A stretch of DNA of 64,000 nt from contig JANXRZ010000102.1 in the NCBI GenBank assembly GCA_025352885.1, positions 2,205-66,204 of the forward strand, read 5' to 3'. Position 1 is the stretch's first letter; every line of letters begins with the position of its first letter. Made by a program: the position numbers and the translations under genes. The notes below the pieces were generated by a model, which was given only the letters and a program-made list of their open reading frames with translations, was not told where the DNA came from and did not search any database. This document shows, one piece after another, positions 38,013 to 52,119 of the stretch. This DNA comes from Pseudomonadota bacterium (lineage in GTDB: Bacteria; Pseudomonadota; Gammaproteobacteria; Burkholderiales; SG8-39).

Positions 38013-38921
38013 TCAGGACGGCAGCTGCTCCTTTTCAAGCGCGAATACGAAGCGGTCTCCCGCGCTCGTGTCGAGCCACGTGAAAGGCACTCTCGGGTAC
38101 GCGCGTTCGAGCGCCGCGCGGTTGTGGCCGATCTCGCAGACAAGCAGCCCACGCGCATTCAGCCGGCTGCCCGACTCGGCCAGTATCCGGCGCACAAGCA
38201 CAAGCCCGTCGTCGCCCCCTGCGAGCGCCATCGAGGGCTCATTGGCATATTCACGGGGTAGGGTCTTCATGCTTGCCGATTTCACGTACGGCGGATTGCT
38301 CACGATCAAGTCGTACCTGCGAGCGGGCAGCGCTTCGAACAGGTCAGACCGGGTGAGCCGGACCCTGCTGCGCAGCTTGTAGGTTTCCACGTTCTTCCTG
38401 GCGACGGCCAGGGCGCCGGAAGACAGGTCGACTGCGTCGACCGATGCTTTGGGAAAAGCAAGGGCGATGAGGATGGCAAGGCATGCGGAGCCCGTGCACA
38501 TGTCTAATGCCAAACGCACGGGTCTGCGCAGTAAATAGGCGAGGCTTTCGGGCAGCAACTCCGCAATGAACGAACGCGGAACGATCGCCCGCCGGTCGAC
38601 GTAGAACCGGAAGTCGCCAAGCCACGCCTCGCGAATGAGATAAGCGACGGGCAATCGCTCGGCGATCCTGCGCGTTACTAGGTTCTGGAGGCGCCGAGCT
38701 TCCGCGGGGCTCAAAATGCGCGCAACGTTCTCTTCGAACGCTTCGAAAGGGATGCCGCACGAATGCAGCACGAGCCAGGTGGCTTCTTCCTGGGCGTTAT
38801 GCGTCCCGTGCCCGTAGGTAAGTTTTGCCCGATTGAATTGCCTTGCGGTGTCGAGGATGGCTCGACGGACTGTGAGGCTCGGTGCGTCCTTGTCGGGACG
38901 CTTACCTGAAGCGGATGGCAA
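38013..38921 (-). CDS. prmB: 50S ribosomal protein L3 N5-glutamine methyltransferase
   Basis: Motifs DMCTGSACLAI and SNPPY, with a PrmB-type N-terminal region. Confidence 0.88.
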   Translation of the reverse strand: MPSASGKRPDKDAPSLTVRRAILDTARQFNRAKLTYGHGTHNAQEEATWLVLHSCGIPFEAFEENVARILSPAEARRLQNLVTRRIAERLPVAYLIREAWLGDFRFYVDRRAIVPRSFIAELLPESLAYLLRRPVRLALDMCTGSACLAILIALAFPKASVDAVDLSSGALAVARKNVETYKLRSRVRLTRSDLFEALPARRYDLIVSNPPYVKSASMKTLPREYANEPSMALAGGDDGLVLVRRILAESGSRLNARGLLVCEIGHNRAALERAYPRVPFTWLDTSAGDRFVFALEKEQLPS

Positions 38922-38936
38922 CTGGCTGCAGTCCCG

Positions 38937-40139
38937 CTACCCGGCGCTCACGTCGATCTTGATGTCGCCGAAGGAGGTATTGGCAGTGCCCGGTGGAGAG
39001 AAGATGGATTCCTTTTTCTCTTCTTCCTTCTTCGCCTCGCCGGGAGGCGGTGCCGCCACTACGTTGGTGATGTCGCCCGCCGTGGCCTGGTTGATCAGCC
39101 ACAGCATGTTCGTGGCGGAATCCGCGTTCGCCATCGCCTCTTCCTGCGAAATTTTGCCGTCCATGAACAGCTTGAAGAGCGCCTGCTCGAATGTCTGGGA
39201 GCCGGGAGACATGCTCTTCTCCAGCGCTTCCTTGATCTCGTTGATCTCGCCTTTTTCGATGAGCTCGGCAACGTGCCGCGTATTGAGCAGCACCTCGACG
39301 GCCGCGAGGCGTCCCCCGCTTTTCGTCCTGATGAGCCGCTGGGAGATGATCGACTGGAGCGCCGCCGAAAGGTCCAGCAGAAGGCTCGGCCGGTTCTCCA
39401 GCGGATAGAAGTTGATGATCCGGTTCATCGCGTGATAGCTGTTGTTCGCGTGCAGGGTCGCAAGCGCGAGGTGACCGGACTGCGCGTAGGCCAGGGCCAT
39501 TCCCATCGTGTCCTTGTCGCGGATCTCGCCGATGAGGATGATGTCGGGGGCCTGTCGAAGCGCATTCTTGAGGGCAACGTGGAAGCTCTTGGTATCGGTA
39601 CCCACTTCGCGCTGGTTCACGATCGATTTCTTGTTCTGGAAGATGAATTCGACCGGATCTTCCAGCGTCAGGATGTGGCCGGCCTTGCGCTCGTTGCGGT
39701 AGTCGATCATCGATGAAAGGGACGTCGACTTCCCGGAACCGGTGGCGCCGACCATCAGGATCAGGCCGCGCTTGGCCATGATCACTTCCTTGAGAATTTC
39801 GGGAACGCCAAGGCTGTCCAGCGGCGGAATACTTCCGGGAATGAACCGCACCACTACCGCCGGTGAGTTCTTCTGCCGGAATGCGCTGATCCGGAATGCG
39901 CCGACGCCTTCCAGCGCATAGGCGGTGTTCAGTTCCAATTCTTCTTCGTATTCCTTGATCTGCTTCTCGTTCAGCACCTCATAGAGAAGCGACCTGACGG
40001 CGTCGCCGGTCATCACCGTCTGGTTGACCGGCACCGCGTTACCGTTGATCTTGATGTTGATCGGCGCTCCGGCCGAAAGGAAGATGTCCGAGGCCTTCTT
40101 TTCGGCCATCAACTGGAACAACCGTTTCATCGCCGACAT
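38937..40139 (-). CDS. pilU: PilT/PilU-family type IV pilus retraction ATPase with a low-complexity C-terminal extension
   Basis: Walker A GATGSGKST, plus TLEDPVEF, GEIRD and ATLHAN. The N-terminus LMAEKKASDIFLSAGAP is PilU-like. Confidence 0.85.
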   Translation of the reverse strand: MSAMKRLFQLMAEKKASDIFLSAGAPINIKINGNAVPVNQTVMTGDAVRSLLYEVLNEKQIKEYEEELELNTAYALEGVGAFRISAFRQKNSPAVVVRFIPGSIPPLDSLGVPEILKEVIMAKRGLILMVGATGSGKSTSLSSMIDYRNERKAGHILTLEDPVEFIFQNKKSIVNQREVGTDTKSFHVALKNALRQAPDIILIGEIRDKDTMGMALAYAQSGHLALATLHANNSYHAMNRIINFYPLENRPSLLLDLSAALQSIISQRLIRTKSGGRLAAVEVLLNTRHVAELIEKGEINEIKEALEKSMSPGSQTFEQALFKLFMDGKISQEEAMANADSATNMLWLINQATAGDITNVVAAPPPGEAKKEEEKKESIFSPPGTANTSFGDIKIDVSAG

Positions 40140-40175
40140 CTCTTGCCCCCTGCTGTCTTCGTGCCTGTTAGCTTT

Positions 40176-40997
40176 CTAGTCGCCGCGCAGCAAGTCGTTC
40201 AGGCTGGTTTTAGCCCGCGTCTTCGCGTCCACCCGTTTTACGATCACGGCGCAGTACAAGCCGTATTTTCCGTCAGCGGACGGAAGCGTCCCGGGCACCA
40301 CGACGGACCCGGACGGCACGCGGCCGTACAGGGTTACGCCGCTTGCGCGGTCGTAGATGCGAGTGCTCTGGCCGAGAAAGACACCCATGGAAATCACGCT
40401 GTTCTCTTCGACGATCACGCCTTCGACAACCTCGGACCGCGCACCCACGAAGCAGTTATCTTCGATGATTACGGGATTTGCCTGGATGGGTTCCAGGACA
40501 CCGCCGATGCCCACGCCGCCGGACAGGTGGACATTCTTGCCGATCTGCGCGCAGGACCCGACCGTCGCCCAGGTGTCCACCATGGTGCCCTCATCCACGT
40601 ACGCGCCAATGTTCACGTAAGAGGGCATGAGGACGACGTTTTTCGCAATGAACGCGCCGCGACGGGCCATTGCCGGCGGCACTACGCGAAAACCGCCCGC
40701 CGCGAATTTTTCCGCGCTGTATTCGTCGAATTTCCCGCGAACCTTATCGAAGTACTGAGTCCCGCCGCCCGCGATTACGGCATTGTCGGCCAGCCTGAAC
40801 GAAATCAGGACGGCCTTCTTGATCCATTGGTGCGTGGTCCACTCACCGCCGATCTTTTCACATACGCGCAAGGTTCCCGCATCGAGGCCCGCCATCACCT
40901 CTTCAACGGCGTTGCGCACAGGGCCGGGGGCCGATGACGGGCTGAGCGCGGCGCGCTCTTCCCAGGCTTGGTCGATTATTTCTTGGATCTGCTGCAT
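40176..40997 (-). CDS. dapD: 2,3,4,5-tetrahydropyridine-2,6-dicarboxylate N-succinyltransferase
   Basis: DapD-type N-terminus [15 protein letters not shown], followed by hexapeptide repeats. Confidence 0.95.
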   Translation of the reverse strand: MQQIQEIIDQAWEERAALSPSSAPGPVRNAVEEVMAGLDAGTLRVCEKIGGEWTTHQWIKKAVLISFRLADNAVIAGGGTQYFDKVRGKFDEYSAEKFAAGGFRVVPPAMARRGAFIAKNVVLMPSYVNIGAYVDEGTMVDTWATVGSCAQIGKNVHLSGGVGIGGVLEPIQANPVIIEDNCFVGARSEVVEGVIVEENSVISMGVFLGQSTRIYDRASGVTLYGRVPSGSVVVPGTLPSADGKYGLYCAVIVKRVDAKTRAKTSLNDLLRGD

Positions 40998-40999
40998 GG

Positions 41000-42229
41000 C
41001 TATAGGCTTTCGGAGAATCTGGCTATGCGCTTGATCGCGTCCACGCAGTCCTGCAGCGGCTGAACGAGCGCAATTCGGATATGGTTTTGTCCGGGATTGG
41101 CACCGTCTATCTCACGCCCGAGGAAACTGCCCGGGAGAACGAGGACATTATAGTCGCGGAGCAGGTGTCTCGTGAATTGCGCATCGTCGATGGGCGTGCG
41201 CATCCACAGGTAAAAACCGCCGTCGGGCCTCTTTGCGTACAACGGTGGGCGCAGCAACGGCATGATGGCTGCGTATTTCGCGGCGTAGAGGCTTCGGTTG
41301 CTAACGACGTGCCTTTCATCGCTCCACGCGGCAACGGAGGCTTTCTGAACGGTGACGCTCATCGCGCTGCCATGGTAGGTGCGGTACAGGAGGAATTGTT
41401 TGAGGAGGGCCGCGTCGCCCGCAACGAAACCCGAGCGCATGCCCGGAGCGTTGGAGCGCTTCGACAAGCTTGAAAATACGGCAAGCCTGGGGAATCCGGT
41501 GCGGCGGAGAATCGATGCGGCTTGCAAAGCTCCCATCGGAGGCGCCGCTTCGTCGTAGTACAGCTCGGAATAGCATTCGTCGGCGGCTATGATGAATCCG
41601 TAGCGATCGGAAAGCGCGAACAGCGCTTTCCAGTCCTCGAGGTTCATGACTGCGCCTCCAGGGTTCGCAGGCGAGCATGCGTAAACCAGCTGGACGTCCT
41701 TCCACGTAGCTTCCTTCAGGGCCCGGTAGTCCGGCTTGAGCCCGGTCTCTTCCGTCGCGGCAAGGAATACGGGCTCTGCGCCGGCCAGGAGCGCTGCGCC
41801 TTCATAGATCTGGTAGAAGGGATTCGGGCAAACGACAAGCGCCTTCCCGCGGGAAGGATCGATCACCGTCTGCGCGAAGGCGAAAAGGGCCTCACGTGAC
41901 CCGTTCACCGGGACGACTTCGGTCTGGGCATCGACTGAATCTAGGCCGTACCGTTTCTTCAGCCAGGCGGCAATCGACTCGCGCAGTTCGGGCAAGCCGG
42001 CGGTTGCCGGATAAGCCGACAATCCGTCCAGGTTGTCGACGAGCGCTTTCCTGATGAGCTCTGGGGTTGCGTGCTTCGGTTCACCGATGGAAAGGTTGAC
42101 CGGCGTGAAAGCCGGATTGCCTTCGACGCCGGCCAGCATCTTGCGAAGCTTCTCGAAAGGGTAGGGCTGCAGCCGCGCAAGGCGTGGGTTCACTGGGTGC
42201 GCGCGATGGTCGACGATTTGAGCCGGCAA
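41000..42229 (-). CDS. dapC: Succinyldiaminopimelate transaminase (TTG start at 42229; alternative GTG start at 42193)
   Basis: Motifs [16 protein letters not shown] and the class I aminotransferase PLP lysine region SLSKRSN. It lies adjacent to dapD. Confidence 0.9.
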   Translation of the reverse strand: MPAQIVDHRAHPVNPRLARLQPYPFEKLRKMLAGVEGNPAFTPVNLSIGEPKHATPELIRKALVDNLDGLSAYPATAGLPELRESIAAWLKKRYGLDSVDAQTEVVPVNGSREALFAFAQTVIDPSRGKALVVCPNPFYQIYEGAALLAGAEPVFLAATEETGLKPDYRALKEATWKDVQLVYACSPANPGGAVMNLEDWKALFALSDRYGFIIAADECYSELYYDEAAPPMGALQAASILRRTGFPRLAVFSSLSKRSNAPGMRSGFVAGDAALLKQFLLYRTYHGSAMSVTVQKASVAAWSDERHVVSNRSLYAAKYAAIMPLLRPPLYAKRPDGGFYLWMRTPIDDAQFTRHLLRDYNVLVLPGSFLGREIDGANPGQNHIRIALVQPLQDCVDAIKRIARFSESL

Positions 42230-42232
42230 CGC

Positions 42233-42664
42233 CTAGCTGCCGGCGAGCGGATTGGCGGCCGGAAACGAATCAAGCGCCACGATTGGCGCAGGGCGCCATC
42301 CACGTTTGCGATGGTCAACAACGACGGTGGTAAAAATCCCTCCGCGCACGTTGAATCGGGCAGTGAGGCGCAGGTAGCGCGGCCGGGTGGCCGTTGCCAG
42401 GTCGCCGAGGATGCGATTGGTGACCGCTTCATGGTAGGCGCCCTTGTTGCGATAGGACCATACGTAAAGCTTCAGCGACTTCAGCTCCACGCAAGTCTTG
42501 TCAGGCACGTAGTCGAGCAGCAGCGTTGCGAAATCCGGCTGGCCTGTCATGGGACACAGGCAGCTGAACTCCGGAATTTCCATGTGTATGAGGTAGTCCC
42601 GCTCCGGATTGGGATTGGGAAATGTCTGCAGGTCGCTGCTAGGTCGTGAGGGCATCGAGCACAC
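42233..42664 (-). CDS. queF: NADPH-dependent 7-cyano-7-deazaguanine reductase (type I QueF)
   Basis: Motifs [15 protein letters not shown] (catalytic Cys) and [13 protein letters not shown] (QueF motif). Confidence 0.92.
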   Translation of the reverse strand: MCSMPSRPSSDLQTFPNPNPERDYLIHMEIPEFSCLCPMTGQPDFATLLLDYVPDKTCVELKSLKLYVWSYRNKGAYHEAVTNRILGDLATATRPRYLRLTARFNVRGGIFTTVVVDHRKRGWRPAPIVALDSFPAANPLAGS

Positions 42665-42807
42665 GCTTCTGTGAGCGGCGAAGAGTAAGGTGCGAAGCGC
42701 GAAAATGGTATCATAGCCCGCTTAATTCCCATGGCGGATTCCCGTTCTCCTCGCGAGCGGTAACTGCTGGTGCCAGGGGCTGTCGAACCCAGAACACACA
42801 AGCGTCC

Positions 42808-45800
42808 GTGCGCCTCACCCAAATCAAGCTTTCAGGTTTCAAGTCGTTCGTCGATCCCACTTCCATTCACGTGCCCGGCCAGCTCGTGGGCATCGTCGGG
42901 CCGAACGGTTGCGGAAAATCGAACGTGATCGACGCGGTCAGGTGGGTTCTCGGCGAAACCCGCGCCTCGGCATTGCGCGGCGACTCGATGATGGACGTCA
43001 TCTTCAACGGCTCGATCAATCGCAAGCCGCTCGCACGCGCTAGCGTCGAGCTGATCTTCGACAACACGCTCGGCCGGGCCGCGGGGCAGTGGTCGCAGTA
43101 CGCGGAGATCTCGGTCAAGCGAATCCTCCAGCGGGATGGGGATTCCTCGTACCACATCAACAACACGCATGTCAGAAGGCGTGACATCACCGATATATTC
43201 CTTGGTACCGGCCTTGGCCCTCGCGCGTACGCGATCGTTGAGCAGGGCATGATTTCACGAATCATCGAGGCGAAACCCGAGGAATTGCGGGTGTTCCTGG
43301 AAGAGGCCGCGGGGATCTCGAAATACAAGGAGCGGCGCAGGGAGACGGAAAACCGGCTTTCCGACACTCGCGAGAACCTGTCCCGGGTCACGGATATCCG
43401 AACAGAGCTCGGGTCGCAGATCGACAAGCTCGAGAAGCAAGCGGAGGTGGCCGGACGCTACCAGGAATTCCACGCCGACCTGCAGCTGAAGCAGCAATTG
43501 CTCTGGTACCTGCGAAGGCGCGATGCCGCGGCGGAGCGCGAGCGTCATGCGCAGGAGATCGCGCGGACGACGAACGAGTTGGAGTCGGAGACGGCCCGCC
43601 TTCGGGAGTCCGAAAGCCATATCGAAACTGCCAGGGCTGCTCACTACGCGGCGGGGGACGGGCTAAACGCGGCCCAGGCCGCGTTGTACGGCGCTAACTC
43701 GGAGGTAGCGCGAAACGAGTCTGAACTGCGCCATGTCGAGGAAACCCGGCAGCGCCTCGAGAACCGCCATATCGAATTGCGAGCGCAGCTGGGCTCGTGG
43801 CGCGAGCAGCGCTCGCAACTTACCCAGGCTTTGCATATGTGGGCCAACAGGCAGGCCGGCGCGAAGCAAAGGGTGGAAGGCGCCCAGGTCGCGCTTCAAG
43901 GCGAGGCCGACAAGCTTCCAGGCGCGGAAGCCCACTTCAGGCTTACGCAGGAAAAGCTTAACGAGGTACGCAGCCAGGCCATGCAGTCCGAAAGCCGCCT
44001 GCAGCTTGAAAAAGCCAATCTAGATCACGTAGAGCGGTCCTTGGCGACGCTGGCTCAACGCGAACAGAGGCTGGCCGCAGAGCTCGAGACGCTCGACCAG
44101 CCCGACCAGCAGGCACGCGTGGACCAGGCCGAGCACGTGAAGGAGCTCGAGCGGCTCGTTACGCAAGCGCAGAACGAGACCGTGGCCCTTCAGGAAGCAT
44201 GCGCGGCGCTCGATGTGGAGAGGCAGGGCGCGGTGGCGCGGTTGAGCGAGGCATTGCGTGAGCACACCGCAGCTGAGGCGCAGCTAGGCACGCTCAAGCA
44301 GATCCAGGACTCGATGGCCGAGGACGGCAAACTCGGCGAGTGGCTGGATCGTCATGGGCTCTCGGGCAGCCCGCATCTCTGGGAAAAGCTTCGGATAGAG
44401 CCGGGATGGGAAACAGCGGTCGAGGCAGTGCTGCGGGAGCGCTTGCACGCCCATGAGCTCGATGCGGCGAAGATCTTGCCGATCATCGAGACGGACAGGC
44501 CCCCTGCCAAGGCGAGCTTCTACATCTCTGCGCCGGCATCCTCTGCGACCGGTTTGCAATCCCACCGACCTTTGGCCGGGAAAATCACTGCGAGCGATCC
44601 CGGTCTATCCGGTGCAATCGGAGACTGGCTTGCCGGTGTGTATGCGGCAGAAACGGTTCCGACCGACGCAATGCGGGGCGCCCTTCCGCCCGGAGCATTC
44701 TTCGTGGATCGGGCCGGCGACAAGTTTTCCAGGAACACGGTCAGTTTCCATGCGCCCGACTCAACGGATTCCGGCGTCCTGCTTCGGCAGGCGGAAATCG
44801 AGTCACTGCAAAAGCGGTGCGCAAGCTTGTCGGAAGCCCTATCGACGGCCCGTGCGGGTGTCACTGAGTCCGAACAAAAGCTGTCCGATCGCCAGGACGA
44901 GCTCGGCGCGGCTCGCGACAAGGCGGCGGAACTGCAAGGCGGCATACATGAAGCGAATATCGAACTGCTGAAGCTGACCCAAGCTGAGGAACGATACCAG
45001 GAGCGCAGCGGCCAGATCGGTGCGGAACGCCAGGGGATTGCGCTGGAAAGCGGCACCGGGGGCGAAAGGAAAGACGAACTGTTGCGGACCCTTGAGGCTA
45101 TCGAGACACAAATCATCGAAATGCGCTCGAGCCTTGTCGCGGTACGTGAAGCGCATACCGCTGCTGAAGTCGCCCTCACTGACCAGCGCAGGACGTTGCA
45201 ACAAGCCGAACGCGAAGCCCAGGAGGCGGTTTACGCCGAGCGTGAGTGCGTTTCAAAAATCAACGAGATCGATAACTCAGTCAAGATCGTTGACCAGCAG
45301 ATTGAAAGAGCCGATCTCGACCTTGTAAAACTCACCGAAGAACTTGCAATCGACCCGGTTCCGGAAGTGCGGACCGCACTGGATGCGGCCGTCGAGGCCA
45401 GGATTTCATGCGAGAAGACGCTGGGCGAAGCACGCAACGTCGTTGAAGCGGCTTCTTCGGCCCTGCGTGGACTGGAAGAAGAGCGCTCGGCGATCGAGGC
45501 GCGCATGAATCCGCTCCGCGAGCGGGTAGGGGAGCTTCGCCTCAAAGAGCAGGCCGCCAGCATCAACCATGACCAGTTTGCCTCCCAACTTCTCGAGGCG
45601 GCGGCCGACGAGGCGACGCTCGCCACCAATGCAGAGTCCGCGCCTCGGCCGTCTGCCCTGCAGGCCGAAATAACGAGGCTTACTCAGTCGATCGCCGAAC
45701 TCGGTGCAGTCAACCTCGCCGCCCTCGAGGAATTGAAGACGAGCAGCGAGCGAAAGGGCTTCCTGGATTCGCAATCTGCGGATCTCGAGGAAGCCGTCAA

Positions 45801-46323
45801 GACGCTGGAGGACGCGATCAGGCGGATAGACCGCGAAACGCGCGAACTCCTTCGCGAAACGTTTGAGAGCGTAAACCGGCATTTCGGGTCTCTCTTCCCC
45901 ATGCTCTTCGGCGGCGGCGAAGCCCGGCTCATAATGACGGGGGAGGAGATCCTCGATTCGGGCGTGCAGGTCATGGCGCAGCCCCCGGGCAAGCGCAATA
46001 GCAGCATTCACCTGCTTTCCGGTGGCGAGAAGGCATTAACCGCCATCTCGCTCGTATTTTCGCTCTTTCAGCTCAATCCCGCGCCGTTCTGCCTGCTCGA
46101 CGAGGTCGACGCACCGCTGGACGATTCGAACACCCAGCGGTTTTGCGACCTGGTCAAGAAAATGTCCGCCCAGACGCAGTTCCTCTATATCAGCCACAAC
46201 AAGATCACCATGGAGATGGCAAGTCAATTGGTGGGCGTGACGATGCAGGAATCCGGCGTCTCGCGTGTCGTTGCCGTCGACATCGACGAAGCGTTGCGCT
46301 TGCGCGAGGAGCTCGCAGCCTGA
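42808..46323 (+). CDS. smc: Chromosome partition protein Smc
   Basis: The GTG at 42808 gives VRLTQIKLSGFKSF. Walker A GPNGCGKSN, long coiled coils, signature LSGGEKALTA, and Walker B FCLLDEVDAPLD. Confidence 0.95.
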   Translation: MRLTQIKLSGFKSFVDPTSIHVPGQLVGIVGPNGCGKSNVIDAVRWVLGETRASALRGDSMMDVIFNGSINRKPLARASVELIFDNTLGRAAGQWSQYAEISVKRILQRDGDSSYHINNTHVRRRDITDIFLGTGLGPRAYAIVEQGMISRIIEAKPEELRVFLEEAAGISKYKERRRETENRLSDTRENLSRVTDIRTELGSQIDKLEKQAEVAGRYQEFHADLQLKQQLLWYLRRRDAAAERERHAQEIARTTNELESETARLRESESHIETARAAHYAAGDGLNAAQAALYGANSEVARNESELRHVEETRQRLENRHIELRAQLGSWREQRSQLTQALHMWANRQAGAKQRVEGAQVALQGEADKLPGAEAHFRLTQEKLNEVRSQAMQSESRLQLEKANLDHVERSLATLAQREQRLAAELETLDQPDQQARVDQAEHVKELERLVTQAQNETVALQEACAALDVERQGAVARLSEALREHTAAEAQLGTLKQIQDSMAEDGKLGEWLDRHGLSGSPHLWEKLRIEPGWETAVEAVLRERLHAHELDAAKILPIIETDRPPAKASFYISAPASSATGLQSHRPLAGKITASDPGLSGAIGDWLAGVYAAETVPTDAMRGALPPGAFFVDRAGDKFSRNTVSFHAPDSTDSGVLLRQAEIESLQKRCASLSEALSTARAGVTESEQKLSDRQDELGAARDKAAELQGGIHEANIELLKLTQAEERYQERSGQIGAERQGIALESGTGGERKDELLRTLEAIETQIIEMRSSLVAVREAHTAAEVALTDQRRTLQQAEREAQEAVYAERECVSKINEIDNSVKIVDQQIERADLDLVKLTEELAIDPVPEVRTALDAAVEARISCEKTLGEARNVVEAASSALRGLEEERSAIEARMNPLRERVGELRLKEQAASINHDQFASQLLEAAADEATLATNAESAPRPSALQAEITRLTQSIAELGAVNLAALEELKTSSERKGFLDSQSADLEEAVKTLEDAIRRIDRETRELLRETFESVNRHFGSLFPMLFGGGEARLIMTGEEILDSGVQVMAQPPGKRNSSIHLLSGGEKALTAISLVFSLFQLNPAPFCLLDEVDAPLDDSNTQRFCDLVKKMSAQTQFLYISHNKITMEMASQLVGVTMQESGVSRVVAVDIDEALRLREELAA

Positions 46324-46336
46324 GCGGCTGCACGCC

Positions 46337-47404
46337 ATGAGCGAATTCCAGGCCGGCCTCCTGTTGATCGGTGCCCTGGTGATCGTCGGGGTTATCGCCT
46401 ACAACAAATGGCAGGAGCGCCGCGCGCGCAACGCCGCGGATGAGGCATTCAAATCGAGGCACCCAGACGTCCTGATTGGAGGCGGTGATGCCGTCGGACC
46501 GTCCGATCACCGGCCAATGGACTCCCGCAGCGAGCCAAGCCTCGGTCAGCGACCGATACCGCCGGTCACTGCGGACACCGAAGCGCCGATCGTGCCGCTA
46601 CCGCATTCTCGCGTCGACTATGTGATCGAGTTGTCAACCGATGAACCGGCCAGCGCCTCCGGGATGCAACAGGCATGGGCCGGCGTAGAGCATCGGTTCC
46701 CGCGCCGGACAAGACTTGCCGCCTGGCTCGACGGGCAGTGGGTCTCTGTGCGATCCGACGGCCGCTATGACCGATTTCAGGCTGCCCTGCAACTGGTCAG
46801 TCGAAAGGGCGTAGTCGGCGAATCGGAATTGCTCGAATTTCGCTCCGGTGTCGAGACGCTGGCATCCAGGCTTCGATTGTCCGCTGCCGCGCCGGAGATG
46901 CGGGATGCGCTGGAGGCCGCGCGCGCGCTGGATCATGTGTGTGCCAACGCCGACATTCAGGTCGCCTTTCACGTTGTCGCCCAGCCGGGAGCCGCTTTCG
47001 CCGGCACAAAGCTGCGCGCGGCAGCCGAGGCGTCAGGCTTTGTTCTCGGGCCTGACGGACGATTCACTCTCGAAGACGAGGCGGGCCGCGAACTCTATGC
47101 GCTCAGCAGCCGGGACGGCACTCCGTTTTCGGCAACCACGATGAAAGATGCGACGCCCGAAGCGCTGACCTTGTCAATGGATGTGCCGCGCGCCCCGGAA
47201 ACGCAGCGGACGTTCGATTCGATGGTCCGCTTCGGGAAGCACCTGGCCAACCTCCTCGGGGGCGCACTGGTAGACGACAACAACCAGCCTTTGGATGAGC
47301 GCTCGGTCACGACAATAAACCTCCAGCTTGCGGCCGTCCGCAGGAGCCTGGAGGAGCAGGGCATTGCCCCGGGAAGCGCACTGGCGCTACGCCTCTTTTC
47401 CTGA
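46337..47404 (+). CDS. zipA: Cell division protein ZipA
   Basis: N-terminal transmembrane helix LLLIGALVIVGVIAY, then a charged linker. It lies in smc-zipA-ligA synteny. Confidence 0.85.
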   Translation: MSEFQAGLLLIGALVIVGVIAYNKWQERRARNAADEAFKSRHPDVLIGGGDAVGPSDHRPMDSRSEPSLGQRPIPPVTADTEAPIVPLPHSRVDYVIELSTDEPASASGMQQAWAGVEHRFPRRTRLAAWLDGQWVSVRSDGRYDRFQAALQLVSRKGVVGESELLEFRSGVETLASRLRLSAAAPEMRDALEAARALDHVCANADIQVAFHVVAQPGAAFAGTKLRAAAEASGFVLGPDGRFTLEDEAGRELYALSSRDGTPFSATTMKDATPEALTLSMDVPRAPETQRTFDSMVRFGKHLANLLGGALVDDNNQPLDERSVTTINLQLAAVRRSLEEQGIAPGSALALRLFS

Positions 47405-50296
<2,892 letters not shown>

Positions 50297-50304
<8 letters not shown>

Positions 50305-50845
50305 CGCCGCCGTCGCCTGGGAACTTTTGAACAGCGCCGATCTCATCTGCACTGCGGAAGAGGTGAATAGCGCAATCGGACGGCTGGCTGAAGACCTTAC
50401 CTCGACGCTCGGAAAGACGTACCCGCTCGTGCTCACAGTGATGGGCGGCGCCGTATTTTTTGCCGGCCAGTTGCTGCCTCTGCTGCGCTTTCCGCTTGAT
50501 TTCGATTACATCCATGCGACGCGCTATGGATCCTCGACTTCGGGCAAACAGATCGACTGGCGGGTCAGCCCTCCTGAAGCCGTTCGCGGGCGCACGGTCC
50601 TGGTCCTCGACGACATTCTCGATGCGGGCGACACGATGGGCGCCATTCGAAAGAGGGTGCTCGAGCAAGGAGCCGCCAAGTTCTACTGCGCGGTGCTCGC
50701 GGAGAAAAAACTCGACCGGCCCAAACCGATCCAGGCCGATTTCATCGGCCTCACCGTTCCGGACCGGTTCGTTTTCGGATGCGGCATGGATGCGCGCGGG
50801 TATTGGCGCAACCTGCCCGAAATTTATGCTTTGAAAGGAACATAA
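50297..50845 (+). CDS. hpt: Hypoxanthine-guanine phosphoribosyltransferase
   Basis: PRPP-binding loop [13 protein letters not shown], plus FVFGCGMD. Confidence 0.88.
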
Positions 50846-50847
50846 AC

Positions 50848-51585
50848 GTGCTTGCAATCATCGGGGGCAGCGGCCTCTCGGGCCTCGCCAACCTGGAAGT
50901 CACGCGGCGGCAGGTGCTCCGCACACCCTACGGAGAGCCATCCGGTCCGCTGACTTTCGGCACGATCGCCGGACGGCCGATTGCCTTCCTTGCGCGCCAT
51001 GGCTACGGTCACACCATTGCGCCACATGAGGTGAATTACTGCGCCAACATGTGGGCCCTGAAAGATCAGGCCATCACGACCGTCGTATCGGTGGCGTCCG
51101 TCGGCGGCATCGCGAAGGAATTCGGTCCTGGCCGGCTTGTCCTTCCGAACCAGATCATCGACTATACGTGGGGCAGGCAGTCGACCTATTTCGAAGGCCC
51201 CGGCGCGAAAGTGACGCACATCGATTTCACGGAGCCTTACACGCCCGGTCTGCGCGAGAGAATCCTGGTCGCTGCCAAAGCATGCGGACAGGAGATGGCG
51301 AACGGCGCGGTTTACGCCGCGACACAAGGCCCGCGACTCGAGACCGCGGCGGAAATCGACCGGCTCGAACGTGACGGCGCCAGCCTTGTGGGGATGACTG
51401 CGATGCCCGAAGCCGCGCTCGCCCGCGAGCTGGGGCTCGAATACGCAACCATTGCCGTAGTGGCGAACTACGCGGCGGGTCGCGGTGACAGTGTGGGAGG
51501 CGTTTCGATGGACAAGATCGGCGTGGTACTGGAGGCGGCGATGGCGAAGGTGCGCAAGGTAATCGAACAGCTGGCGGCCCAATGA
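50848..51585 (+). CDS. S-methyl-5'-thioadenosine/thioinosine phosphorylase (MtnP family)
   Basis: Motifs [21 protein letters not shown] and VGMT. GTG start. Confidence 0.88.
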   Translation: MLAIIGGSGLSGLANLEVTRRQVLRTPYGEPSGPLTFGTIAGRPIAFLARHGYGHTIAPHEVNYCANMWALKDQAITTVVSVASVGGIAKEFGPGRLVLPNQIIDYTWGRQSTYFEGPGAKVTHIDFTEPYTPGLRERILVAAKACGQEMANGAVYAATQGPRLETAAEIDRLERDGASLVGMTAMPEAALARELGLEYATIAVVANYAAGRGDSVGGVSMDKIGVVLEAAMAKVRKVIEQLAAQ

Positions 51586-52112
51586 TTCGCGAAGTGCTCA
51601 AGATGGGCGACGAGAGGCTCCTCGCCAAGGCGCGGCCGGTCGAAAAGTTCGACACCCCCGAGCTGCACGAGCTTTTAGCCGACATGCACGACACGATGGA
51701 GCACCTCAGTGGCGCCGGGCTCGCCGCGCCCCAGATTGGCGTGGGCCTGCGCGTCGTCGTCTTCGGGGTACAGAATAATCCTCGCTATCCACAGGCCGAA
51801 GACGTGCCTTATACCGTGCTCATCAACCCGGATGTCGAGCCGCTCTCCCAGGAGATGGAGGAGGCATGGGAAGGGTGCCTGTCGGTGCCCGGGTTGCGCG
51901 GCGTGGTGCCTCGATACAAGAGCCTGCGCTATCGCGGCTTCGATGCGACCGGCGCGGCGATTGATCGGGTGGCTGAGGGCTTCCACGCGAGGGTGGTGCA
52001 GCATGAATGCGACCACCTCGACGGCATCCTGTATCCGATGCGCGTCCGGGATTTCACGCGCTTCGGCTTCATCGACGCGCTGTTCCCAAACCAGGAAATA
52101 CAGGACGACTAG
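51582..52112 (+). CDS. def: Peptide deformylase
   Basis: Motifs [18 protein letters not shown] and HECDHLDG. Confidence 0.95.
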   Translation: MIREVLKMGDERLLAKARPVEKFDTPELHELLADMHDTMEHLSGAGLAAPQIGVGLRVVVFGVQNNPRYPQAEDVPYTVLINPDVEPLSQEMEEAWEGCLSVPGLRGVVPRYKSLRYRGFDATGAAIDRVAEGFHARVVQHECDHLDGILYPMRVRDFTRFGFIDALFPNQEIQDD

Positions 52113-52119
52113 TGACCGG

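Noticed and set aside
42665-42807. Possible preQ1 riboswitch upstream of queF
   Set aside because: The minus-strand leader shows no resemblance to the short preQ1-I/II consensus that I can recall, and queF is not a typical preQ1-regulated gene. A cmsearch would be needed to be certain.
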